Under the pieces are notes generated by a model. It did not search any database, was not told where the DNA came from, and worked only from the letters and a program-made list of their open reading frames with translations. This document shows positions 40,110-52,422 of a stretch of DNA of 64,000 nucleotides, piece by piece; position 1 is the first letter of the stretch; each line of letters begins with the position of its first letter. A program made the position numbers and the translations under genes. The stretch comes from Paraspadella gotoi (Eukaryota; Animalia; Chaetognatha), in contig CM119266.1 in NCBI GenBank assembly GCA_051294375.1, positions 12,973,797-13,037,796 of the forward strand, in the 5' to 3' direction.

Positions 40110-41795
40110 AACTTTCGCTTTACGATTTTTATATTTTTACGATTGAATATTTCCGAAGAGCGTGATAAAAACGTCGACGTCGTCGCTTTATGAGTCAACA
40201 AAAAAAAATGAGTAGTTTAATGTTTTGCATATTTTAAACAAGGTTTATAGATGCGACGACAACTTAATGAATACCGAACGTTCGACCCGGGGTCTAGGGA
40301 ACGTAGAATGACGAGCGACAATGTATAACAACACATTAATTTTTCTTTGTAGCGATAGTCATAGTACAATTTTCTTTAATTACAATTTTCAAATTTCTAT
40401 AATATCTCGTAATCCATATTTTACGATACAAATTCAATTTGTTATATGCAACTACAACGTGATTTTCTGACATAACAATAAAACAGGGGCCTAGTCAATC
40501 ATCGATCCTGAGCCGTCCTTTGTTTTCCTGTACCAGTTCCTTTGTTTCGCTCTCGTTTTTTTCCCCTTAAAATCGTTTAGTTAGAAATTCCACCGCTCGA
40601 GATAATCCGCAATCATAGAAAACCGGAGAGAGCTCGGCTCGATCTCCCCTCTCCGGCCATAGAGCCTCTGGTCGTTTATCTCGACGAGTTTAAACAACAA
40701 AGGCGGTCGCCATGGGAACGACTGGGCGTTCGTCTTATCCGCCATCGCGGTTTTTTTTTTCCGGTCGGGAGGAGATCGTAGTGATCGTCATCGTTGGCGT
40801 TTTCGTCGTCATTATCGTCGTCGTAGGATCGGAAAAGTGGGGATGAACGGGCGGAAATGGAAAAGCGATAAGATTACGAGCGATGCCCGGTCTTTACTTC
40901 TTTTTCTCCCTCTGAAGTTTTAATTTACTCGCCTCTCGCTATCGATTAGCGAACGCGGCCCGTCGGAAGTCGGGGAAAATTACCTACAAATTTTTTATCT
41001 GTTTTTTTTTTTTAAAGCGTGGGGGTTTAGGGTCTGACGTCTGTGGGTTATTCGGAGTGAGGAGTTTTTTTTTTTCCTCTTTCACGATACGCCCCTATAT
41101 TTTCGGCTAAGTCTTTCCCATTCTCGATTTTCCTCATTCCCATTTTCAACTCCCATTTTCCATTTCCCCTATTGTGCCCCATTTAACCCAATTTCCCCAT
41201 GCTCCCTCCTCCGTCCCCCAACTCCTCTCCAAGTCCAGGACTCATCAAAGACTCCGTGGCGAAACTAATTTTCCCCACTTTTCTTTCAACTTTGAATCCG
41301 ATCCGAATCTCTAGAAAGGCGAGACGCGTTGCTCGACTCTGACGATATCGATAAACGAGCAAACAAATGGGAATTTATTTAGGCTTAGAATTAACTTTTA
41401 CACGATTCAACGGCTTCAACTACCCCGAGCTTTCACCTTTTGAAATGCGACCTTTAATAATCATTCCTTCGAGCCTTCACCAACCCTCTTTTCTAAATTC
41501 CCTTAATTTATTTATCCCTTAGATTCTTCTTTAAATCTTCCGAGAAAAAAAAAATTCCGCCGATCTTTTCCCGCGAAGTCTCAATTTTATCTCTGTTCCA
41601 CCCTCATTCGCTGTTAAAGATATCGGTATGTTAGTACTTATAGAGTACTCTCTAATTAAAGTTATAGTGGAAAGACTTTTCAAACCACATTCAACGTGTG
41701 GCCTTTTTTTCGTCCCTTTCTAAAACTCTTTATCAAAACCAAGTTTATATTGTTAGCCAATGACTCTTTCAGTAATTTGTTACTTCAGAAAAACA

Positions 41796-44700
41796 TCCTT
41801 GTATTCTTGATGCTGTGCGGAGATACATAAGTATTTCCCCCGATCTAATACTTAAGGATTGGTCTTTTCATACAATTGCAAACATTCTTCGTTGAAAAAT
41901 ATTTTCACTTCCTCATTGATAGATAGCCAGGGTTACTCTGGAGTGAAATAAACGCAGACTGTGAGAGAGTCTTTGATTGAAAGCTTGCAGGGACCTGCTA
42001 TGTCTATTATTCTTTGTCAAGAGTGATGGAGCGCCCATCTAACACCACCAAAGCCTGTCCAAAGTCAGGGGCAAGATAGCTTATTTATTGAATGAATGGA
42101 TATTTTTATATTGGTTGTACAATTCATAAAATTCAGTCTCCTTGTATTTTGATGCTAGTGCGGAGTACAATAAGTATTCCCCGATCTAATACTTAAGGGA
42201 GTTGGTCTTTTCATACAATTGAAAACATTCTTTTTGAAATATTTTCATTCATTGATAGGGGAAGCCAGGTTACTCTGGGGACGTGAATAAAGAGACTGTT
42301 TGGAGAGAGTCTTGATGAAAGCTTGCAGGGGACCTGCTATGTCATAATATCTTTTGTAAGAGTGATGAGGCCCTTAAAACACCCAAAGCCTGTCCAAAGT
42401 CCAGGGCAAGATAGAGGCTTATTTATTGATATGAATGGGATCAATTTTTTTACTATTGGTTGTACCAATTTCATAAAATTCAGCTCCTTATGTGTATTTT
42501 GATGGATGCTACGTGCGGCAGCTACAATAAGTATTCCCCGGATCTCTTTCTAATACCTTAAGGGAGTGTCTTTCAATTACAATTGAAAACATTCTTTTTG
42601 AAATATTTTTCTCACTTCATTGATTAGGAAGCCAGGTAACTGCTGTGGAGCCTGGAATAAACCAACGAGACCCTGTGAGAAGAGTCTTGATTTGAACAGC
42701 TCTGCAGGGACCTGCATTTGTCATTTATCTTGTAAGGAGTGTATGGAGGCCCTAAACCACCAAAAAGCTCTGATCCCCAAAAGTTCAGGGGCAAGAGCGA
42801 TGGCTTATTATTTGAATGAATGGAATAATTTTTATATTGGTTTGTTACCAATTTTAACATAAAAATTCAGCTCCTTGTATTTTGATGCTTACGTGCGGTC
42901 AGACAATAAGGTATTCCCCCGATCTAATTACTACTTAAAGGAGTTTGGTGGTCTTTCATACAATTTGAACTTCTTTGAAATATTTTTCCACTTTCCAATT
43001 AGATAGGGTGAAGCCATACGGTGTACTCGGGTAATGTGAATAAACATCACGAGATCCTGTGAGAGAGTCTTTTGATGAAAGGCTTGCAGGGACCTGCTTA
43101 TGTCCCATTATCTTTGTAAGAGTGATGGAGGCCTTAAACCACCACAAGTCCTCGTCCAAAGGCACGGGGCCAACGATAGCTTATTTATTGAATATGAATG
43201 GAATAAATTTTTTAATTATTCGTGCTACCCAATTTCAATAGAAATTCAGCGGCTCCTTGTATTTCGATGCTAAGTGCGGTGTCTCGGCAGGCTTACTAAA
43301 TAAATCAGCGTAACTTCCCCGATCATACTAATACTCAAGGGCAGTTGGTGTTCTTTTTCATACAATTGGAATAACATTCTTTGGAAAGTGATTTTCCAAC
43401 TTCATTTTATAGGGAAGCCAGGGTACTCTGGGATTGTGAATAAACGCAGACATGTCGAGAGTGAAGTCTTGATACTATGAAGGCTCTGCAGGACCTTGCT
43501 ATGGTCATTTATCTTTGTAAGGAGTGATGGAGGCCCCCTTAAACCACCAAAGGCCTGTCCCCAAAGTCAGGGGCCCCAAGATAGCTCTTATTTTTATTTG
43601 ACATTGGAATGGAAATTAATTTTTATACTTGGGTGCAATTACCAATTTTCATAAAAAATTCAGCTCCTTGCTAATTTTTGATGCTAGTGGCGGTGTTGAT
43701 GCCTAGGGATAAGTACAATAAGTATTCCCCGATACTTCTAATAACTTTAAGGGAGTGTTCTTTTTCATTACAATTGAAACAATTCTTTGACAAATATTTT
43801 CCACCTTCATTGATAGGGGAGAGGCAGGTTACTCTGGGAGTGAATAATAAACGGAGACTGTTTTGAGAGAGTCTTGGATTTCTGAAAGCTTGCAGGCGAC
43901 CTGCTATGTCATTTCAGTTCTTTGCTAGGTGATGGTAGGCCGGTCTTAAGAACCACAAAGCCCCGTGTCCAAAGTCAGTCGGGCAAGATAGCTTAGTTTA
44001 TTTGAATGAATGGATTAATTTTATTATTGCGTTGTACCAATTTTTTAATTAAAAGTTCAGCTCCTTTGTATTTTTGATTGCTCTTACGTGCCCGGATAGA
44101 CAGTACAATAAGTATTCCCGATCTAATACTTAAGGGAGTGCGTCTTTCATACAATTGAAACATTCTTTGAAATATTATTTCACTTTTCATTGATAGGGAC
44201 CAGGTACTTTGGGAGCCGAGTGAATAAACGAGACCTGTGGAGAGAAGAGTCTTTGATTGAAAGCTTTGCCAGGGACCTGCATGTCATTATCTTGTAAAGA
44301 GTGATGGAGGCCTTAAACCACCAAAAGCCTGTCCAAAAGTCAGGGAAGATAGCTTATTATTGAGATGATATGGATAATTTTTTTATATTGGTTGTACCAA
44401 TTCTCATAAAAATTCAGGCTCCTGTATTTTGATGACGTGCGGAGTACAATATAAGTATTCCCCGATTAATCTAATATCTAAGGGAGGTGGGTCTTTTCAT
44501 AACAATGAACACATCTTTTGCAAATATTCTCCACTTCATTGATAGCCCGGGGAAGCCAGGTACTACTGGAGTGAATAAACGCAGACTCAGTTGAGAGTAG
44601 TTCTGTGATTGAAAGCTTGCAGGGAAACCTGTTATGTCATTATCTTGTAAGAGTGATGGAGCGCCGCTTAAACCATCCAGAAGGCCTTGTTTCCCAAAGT

Positions 44701-45872
44701 TCCAGGGGCAAGATAGCTTATTTATTGACAATGAATGGATAATTTTTATATTTGCGTAGTACACCAATTTCATTAAATTTCAGCCTCCTTGTATTTGATT
44801 GCTATACGTGCGGAGTTACAATTAAGTATTCCCCGAGTCTAATACTTAACGGGAGTTGGTTTCTTTTCATTACAATTGGAAACATTCTTTGAAATATTTT
44901 CCACTTCATTGCAATTAGGCGGGGAAGCCAGGGGTTACTCTGGGAGTGAATTAAACGAGGACTGTGAAGGCAGTCTTTGATTGAAAGCTTGCAGGGACCT
45001 GCATGTCATTATCTTGTAAGAGCGAGTGATGGAGGCTCTAAAACCACCAAGCCTGTCCAAAGTCAGGGGCAAGATAGCTTATTTATTTGAATGAATGGAT
45101 AATTTTTATATTGGTTGAACCAATTTTCATAAAATTCAGCCTCCTTGTATTTTTTATGCTAGAGCGGAGACAATAAGTATTATTTTCCCCGATCTGAATA
45201 CTTATAGGAGTGCCTTGGTTCTTTTTCATACAAATTGAAACATGGTCTTTTGTTTGAAATATTTTTCCACTCTTCATTTGATAGGAAGCCAGGTACTCTG
45301 GGAGCTGAAATAAACGAGACTGTTGAGAGAGTTTCTTGCATGTGAAAGCTTGCAGCGGACCTGCCTATGTCATTTATCTTGTAAGAGTGATGGACGGCAC
45401 TTTAACCACCAAAAGCCTGTCCAAAATCAGGGGCAAGATAGCTTATTATTGAATGATGGAATAACTTTTTATATTGGTTGTTACCAATTTTCATTTAAAA
45501 ATTTCAGCTCCTTGTATTTTTTGATGCAAGTGCGGGAGAGTACCAATAAGTATTTCCCCGATCTAATACATTAAGGGTAGTGGTCTTTTCATACAAATTG
45601 AACATTCTTTCGAAAAAAATATTTTCCACTTCATGATAGGGAAGCCATTGGTACCTCTGGCAGTGAAAGAATGAACGAGACTGTGAGGAGAGGTCTTGAT
45701 TGAAAGGCTTGCAGGGACTTGCCGTATGTCAATTATTCTGTTACTTGTAAGAGTGATGGAAGGCCTTTAACCACCAAAGCCTGTCCACAAAGTTTCAGGG
45801 GCGAGATAGCCTTATTATTTGATATGAATGGTAATTGATTATAATTTTTATTATTGGTTGGTACCAATTTCA
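41796..45872. repeat. Tandem array, consensus unit ~325 bp, about 11 copies
   Basis: AAGTATTCCCCGATCTAATACTTAAGGG recurs at ~41830, 42172, 42530, 42909, 43310, 43720, 44110, 44455, 44825, 45176 and 45550. Copies are inflated by scattered insertions. Confidence 0.95.
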
Positions 45873-46019
45873 TGAGATAATTTTTTTCCCCCTCATATTC
45901 CATTGATGAGCCGCGATAATTTTTCAGATCTCAATGTTTGGAAGAAAAAAAGCTTGGCTTAGATGACCATATCTCTTATCATTTTCTTTTTCTATTTCTC
46001 TCTCTCTTCTCCTCTTCTC

Positions 46020-46052
<33 letters not shown>

Positions 46053-47870
46053 CAAGTATTTCTATCTCTCTCTTTCTTTTTTTCATTTTTTCTCTTTTTC
46101 CGAATAACCCAACTACCCTAGCGCACCACCAGGAAATGCAAGATTCTTTGACTCCTCAAATTTTTTAAAGCTTTGCATACAAAACCACGGACTTTCTTCA
46201 AAGTCTTTTTCCCTCCCACGGACCCCCACAACCCTCTCCCCAAAACCCGCCACCGTACTCTCCCTATGCTTTCCCCCCGCCTCTTAGGCCTTCGATGATA
46301 AGAATGCAATTAGGGAGACAACGGGGGGAAAATTCGTTCTCAAGGTTTTTCGGGATCTTGCCGTCGGCTGCGGCTGCGGCTGCGGCTGCGGCGTCGGACG
46401 CGGAGGCTTCGTTTATCTCGAATTTCCAGTGAGGTCGACTCTGCCTCGCTGACACACCCGATTTTCGCCACCCCTCCAAGGAGCCTCCGCCTTTTTGACA
46501 CCCCATTCCCCCACATCTTCCCAATTTTCTTTTTCACTCCCGGATCTAGCACTAAACCACCCAAAAACTCCATTTTGTCACGCCGTTCACCCTTCACTTC
46601 TGTTCGCCAACTCACAGTCCATATTCACCACTCCCCATCTCTCGGTTCATCACAACACTCCCCCTTTCCAGAATTCCCGCCTTCTCGCCTGCTAACCATT
46701 CATCAATCGACTCTCCTTTTCTCTATTCATCATTCCGCATTCATCATTCCGCATTCTCTATTCAGCATCGACGTCTTACTAATTCCGATTCGCCCTTCCT
46801 CATTCATCTTTCCCCTTCGAGCAAAGAGAACATTTCATTTTCTACGCCAATCATCGCTTCTTCTGATGCGACTTATTAATTTTTAATTGCAAAGTCGCCG
46901 CGTCTCACTCTGTCTCACCATGTATCCCTAAAAAGTAACCTCCGACCAATTTTTCTTTTTTTCAGCTCCTCTTTTTCCCGATATTCATTTTTCAAACTCA
47001 AACCCAGTTTTGCCTTCCCGTCTTGATATCGACCTCCGAATTTTTACCTCTCCTCTTCTCAATCGCAATTATTATTAAAAGCAAATTTTTCTCTTCTCCC
47101 ATTACAACCTTTTTATTTTGCTTCAGGTCTCATATACTTTTATCCCAAAATAGTAACTTTTCATCTCCCATGTTTCCTTTAGTATTACGTATTTCTTTTC
47201 TGATTCGTTTTGTTTTGAAAATAGTTTACGGCAAGAAAGGTTTTTTTTATTTTTTTTTATATTTTATGTTAAAGAGGACCTACTTAAACTTCAAGGGTTT
47301 TAAAACTTTGAGAAAATATGAGATAAATCATATATACTCCAAATATTTTCATTAGTTCGATAAATTTCTTGCGCTAACTCGCAGCGAAAATCATGCCAAC
47401 AATCACAAACAAAATTATGAAGAGAAAAACAAAAGCGCATTAAAACAATAACAGGAAGAAAACGGCCTCTTTCACTCTTGTTTTAGTCAAATCGGACAAA
47501 AAATAAATATTATCTGTCAAACAAGCGAAAATGATTTCTTACTTTGGCTTCGTCTTCAAGGACGAAGGATAAAAGAAAAGGCTGACTGTTCGCACGCGCG
47601 TCTCGCGAATTCCAGTCACATTCATCTTCAATACTATGAAACATTGGGGGGGCGGCGGATTGCAGAGGGGAAGAGGGGATAGAAAAAGAAATGGAGAGGT
47701 AGAGCAGATGAGGGCGAAGATTGTTGAATTTGGAATGTAAGAGAAACAAGAAAACAAAAGAGGCGAGTTGATTTCAACTGAAACAACAACAAAGCTGAAT
47801 CAAAAATGAGCTCTAAGAGACAGGAGGAAGACGACAGACGAGAAGAGAGTGACAGAGACGAGAGAGAGAG

Positions 47871-47902
<32 letters not shown>

Positions 47903-48241
47903 CGAGGAGGAGAGAGAGAGAGATCGAGAGGGAGAGAGAGAGATGAGAGGAAAGCCGTCGATTGCATCCGATATAAAAAATTGTTTTGGTGTGGAGGAAA
48001 AAAAAATCAGGCCGAAAAGAAAAGCGTGAAATTGCATTTAAGCCAAAGCCCAAAGAGATTTCTCGCTCGATCCTTCAAAAACTTCTCGTCAATGCGGGGA
48101 TTTATTATGGGCAGGGCCGAAGAGGAGAGAGGAGAGAAGAGAGAGAGAAGAGAGAGGGAGAAGAGAGAGAGAGAGAGAGAGAGAAACAGGGAACATGAGA
48201 ATGTGAAATAAGTTTGGGGCGAGGAGAGAGAAGAGAGAGAG

Positions 48242-48301
<60 letters not shown>

Positions 48302-48504
48302 ACGAACAGTGCAGAGATCAAAATCTCGGCGAATGAAAAGATGTAAGTCTTTCTCTCCCTCTTAACTCCCCTACTTTTTTATCCAAACTTACCCCTTCCT
48401 TTTTCTCCTTTTTCTCCAATGATAAGAAGCCGAAATTCCACTAAAACTCCAGAGAAAGTAAGATTGATCCTGTGCTCATGCTTTCCGAGGGATAAGAGAT
48501 AGAA

Positions 48505-48571
<67 letters not shown>

Positions 48572-48934
48572 AGAGAGAGAGAGAGAGACATTAGACAGTC
48601 GAGGGCGTGGCCGGGCGTCAGGGAGGAAAGGAGACCCTGGTGAGTTTGGGAAGGAGTGAATCCTTGGCGCAAACAAACTCCGATGGAATCGACGGGAACC
48701 CGGAAAAAGAAAAAAAAAAAGGGAAGAAATGGAACTTTATTTTCCGGATGGAATCGACGAGACTCCCATTATTTCTCCGACGGACGACGCCGGATCGGAA
48801 ATAGCCGCCCGATAAATAATTTCTTCTCTTTTATTCTTTCTAGGTTTTGACAGACGGACGGAGGTTAGGCAGGACGAAGGTAAGCTGCGCGCGAAGATGA
48901 CGGAAATGACAAACTGCAACTATTTCAGTTTCTG

Positions 48935-49079
48935 CTACGACAAAACATTGCACGTTACAGGATGTCGAAGCACCGGATTTAATCCCGGAACAAGATCGAA
49001 TCTTCGGTCTTTAAATTCGGCCAACTCGGCGTCATTGTCGTCATCGGCTTCGTCGTCGTCGTCGTCATCTGACATTTCG
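48935..49079 (-). CDS. Putative terminal exon, acidic tail of an unidentified protein
   Basis: Acceptor TTTTTCTTTATTCAG| then EMS-poly(D)-EADDDNDAELAEFKDRRFDLVPGLNPVLRHPVTCNVLS*. Confidence 0.5.
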
Positions 49080-50373
49080 CTGAATAAAGAAAAACTGAGT
49101 ATAAAAATTAAGTTTCCTTTCCCCACGCCGCATCGGGAAGCCAGGACTCTGGAACGCCGGAATGCGGGAAGGATTAAGAGCGGCGTCGTGTGACTCATCA
49201 AAAATATCGTATAGACTAAGAATAATTCGATTATAACGTTCTAAAGCATTTGTTGGTAAATATATATAAAAATTGAGAAAAAAAAACCACGGATACGTTT
49301 TGACGATCAAGTTCCATTTACCTAAAAAAAGCTTTTTCGACGCTAATGATTAATTAATTCTCCGGTCGATGCTCTTTTTTTTCGGTCGACGTCGGCATCA
49401 GCGCCGGTCGACTTATTCCCGGCGCCAGTCGGCCAATTTCCGGCCCCACGGGCGGATGATATGAGGCGCAACCGGGAGGTTTTTTTTTTTCGTTTAAAAA
49501 AATGGGGGAGAAAATGGCGGACGCGGCACAAATTGAGTTCAACTTCCGGAAAAGCGGGAAGCTTCGCATTGCTAAGCGATTTATGGTCTTTCATGTACGA
49601 CCGAACTCGGCGTCGCGACGTTGGGAGTCCGAAAACTGTCGGGTTTTTGAGGGAAGCTCTAGTACGAACGTTCGAACGGCGTTCGAATCAGTCCCTATTT
49701 GCTCGAGTCTAAACGATATATATTGAAATATTGAAGGACGTACAATTGGAGTACGCGTCATAATTTCCTACAAATTTTTAATATTTTGCAAAATCTACTT
49801 GACAAACTTGCATCTTTTAGTTTTTTAACCGGTAATTTTATTGTCTATCTTTTTCTTTTACCAAGTACATACACGTTCTCTATGTCATTCCATTTTCCTC
49901 CCTCAATCTACATTCTTATCTTTCGTTCTCCATTTCCATTCCAAGTCAAATCTATCTCAGACTAAGAATAAAAAAAAATTTAAAAATCTCAAACCTTGAA
50001 TTTTTGCAATGCCGATTGGGAGGATGACCCATCCACCTTCCCCTTTACCACCCCCTCCACCACCCCCTCCCCTCCTTACCCGACCTCAATCCGCGGAATC
50101 CGAGTTGAATTCCTTTTTGGTTCTGCTGTGGGAGAAAAGGAGAGACAATCGGTTGGAATCTCCTTATCTTGGGTGGTAAAGCAGAAATGTTTGTTCAATG
50201 AGCCTAATGTTCAAAACTATATCATTTGGATGTAAAACGATAATTCTTTTCCATCAATGATTTTCAAGAGAGTCATAATTTTTTTTTCCCACCGAATAAT
50301 CATTCTGATCGGAGAATTAGCCATTTTTAGTTGTAGTCTAAAAACAAAACAAAAACAAAAACAAAAACAAAAC

Positions 50374-50491
50374 CGCCTTTTGTCTGATTTAGATTTCCTT
50401 CCATCTGCTCGGGAGTCTCGTCGATGAACCCCAATTGCCGAGGCGCGCTGAAACCAGGAAACGTCTTTGGAATTCCAAATTCCATCGGAAT
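50374..50491 (-). CDS. Possible internal exon
   Basis: Acceptor CTCTCTATCTCTAAG| and a phase-0 open frame IPMEFGIPKTFPGFSAPRQLGFIDETPEQMEGNLNQTKG. The donor is weak. Confidence 0.35.
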
Positions 50492-50666
50492 CTTAGAGAT
50501 AGAGAGAGTGAGTGAGATAGAGTGAGTGAAAGGTTGAGAGGAGAAGAAAGAAGATGGAAAAAAAAGAAAAANNNNNNNNNNNNNNNNNNNNNNNNNGGAG
50601 AATAAATTACACTCATAACTTTAACCAGCGATTTCACTATCCTAACTGATGTCCATTCTCACTTAC

Positions 50667-50967
50667 GATCGTGTTCTTTTCCCACGCCGCGAACTTATGA
50701 GCGTACGTTTCGTGGCTTGACCGGAGGATTCCGATCCACACTGTCGGTTCTGCGCAGGACTCTCTGTCGACTCCAGAGATAGACGAAAGGGAAGTGCGTA
50801 TCGATCCCGAGGAGTCAACTAACGCCCGCGCGCTTATCTCGCGGCGAAGAATAAAGGATGCGTGCTGCGGCGTCTTAGCGGTCCCGCGTCGGGAATGAAT
50901 ATCGGTGTAGTAACGAAGCTGGCTTCCAACCTCGGCGCCCTTCCAAACCTCGCGCGGCAACATTCGG
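50667..50967 (-). CDS. Putative internal exon, unidentified protein (partial inverted copy ~61090-61265)
   Basis: TTTTTCAACCAG| acceptor and ATC|GTAAGT donor enclose a GC-rich open frame (...QLRYYTDIHS...HKFAAWEKNTI). The internal frame is uncertain because of indels. Confidence 0.55.
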
Positions 50968-51065
50968 CTGGTTGAAAAACAGATCCCGCAATAAACATCG
51001 ATTTTGTCGATTGATTTAACCGCGGATGTTATATAACCTTTTCATCCGAATATGACTGAATTTAC

Positions 51066-51178
51066 GTCGCGTTTCTTAAAGACGCCCTCGAAACTAGTAC
51101 GATGTAGTTCACAGCCAACCGTTGCACCGCTTCCCTTCTTCACATCTCCCGCTCCCAGGCAGTCCAACAGCCAGTTTG
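51066..51178 (-). CDS. Putative internal exon (inverted copy ~60873-60992)
   Basis: AG at 51180-51179 and donor GAC|GTAAAT. One frame reads EAVQRLAVNYIVLVSRASLRNA and ends in phase 2, matching the next exon. Confidence 0.4.
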
Positions 51179-51283
51179 CTTCTCGTTTTGTTTTCCTTTT
51201 TTTTCTTCTTTTCTCTTTTATTCTCGTTTTCGTCGCACGCGACAACATAAAATCTCAGCTCTTCTTTCATCGTGAGGACTTAC

Positions 51284-51372
51284 TTCCTCCGCGTCGACGT
51301 TCGTGCCACCAGCTTTTTCGACTTAACCCTCGACGGTCAGATGCCACTCTCTACTCTCTATGCCATCCAGGC
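51284..51372 (-). CDS. Putative internal exon (inverted copy ~60641-60757)
   Basis: TTTGAAG| acceptor and GAA|GTAAGT donor are present in both palindrome arms. Peptide approximately REWHLTVEG. Confidence 0.4.
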
Positions 51373-52422
51373 CTTCAAAATGCGTGATTGCATGCATATC
51401 TTTCCATCAACCTACTATTACCGATTGTACCGATAAATTTACACCAAATATACTAGTAATTCCTTCTTCTGCAACCAAAACAAAATAATTATATAAATTT
51501 AACTTTCTTGGTTACTGTTAAAATCCCCCATAGTCGCTCCTCCCAGATCATTTATTTAGCACCTTGCCTTGCGCGCCCGATTCAGGCGTGGAAGTGATGA
51601 AAAGATTGAGTGATTGGAACATTATGTTTTTTGGCTCGCCTATGGACATGTAATTAATGATTTTAAATCCTTTACAAATTTTTTTAGCATAAAAGTATAC
51701 TAAATTAAAATTATTTATGTAAGTAATATCCTTATAAAATCCGTTAAATTTTAAATTTTTTTCTTTTTAAGAACAGATTTTGATTTATATATTTTGGATA
51801 TATTTTTTGGATTTACCAAAAAAACTAAGAAACTTTTATAAAATATGGTTATAACTGATATTTTATGTTTGGATCAACAAAAAAATGGATAAAACTTTTT
51901 AACCATAAATCTACAGTTCCTCTACAGAGAATAAAAAAAGTCATACAATTTTAACCATTTTTTCCATTTTAAACGCTGAAGATGAACAGAATTTTATGAT
52001 AAATGTTTTATATTTTTGATTCACATTTTAATGAAGAATCTGAATCTTTATTAAAAGTTTTCAAAAAAATAATTTTTTAAATTATATTTTATAAGAATAT
52101 TATACAAATATATTAATATTTTACTATTTGTTCCCGGGAACAATATGAACAAAATATTTTTTGTTACTAGTTATCAATACTAGTACATCTAATATCCTTT
52201 GTTCGATCATCAAATAAATTTTTTTGTTCCTGAGTGCTCCACTCTACTCCGCAGTCCGTCCTCTCCCGTTTTCACTTAACCCTTTCGACAACAGCCACCC
52301 GTTCCGCAACTCGGGTGGCCGAGGATCCCTCCACCTTGAGTAGCTCGTACAATTTCTCAAAAAAAATGTTGAAGTTAGTGATTTTTTTAAAAGTCAAATA
52401 TGTTCAATTTTGGTTTTAAAAA

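Noticed and set aside
40581-40745. 54-aa minus-strand ORF MADKTNAQSFPWRPPLLFKL... as the syntrophin first exon
   Set aside because: No similarity to the syntrophin N-terminal PH half, and it is too short to call.
41796-45872. CRISPR-like repeat-spacer array
   Set aside because: The whole unit repeats, with no unique spacers and no cas genes, in a eukaryotic context.
50150-50338. Possible LINE reverse-transcriptase remnant (KIIDGKELSF...)
   Set aside because: Short and interrupted, with no catalytic motif.
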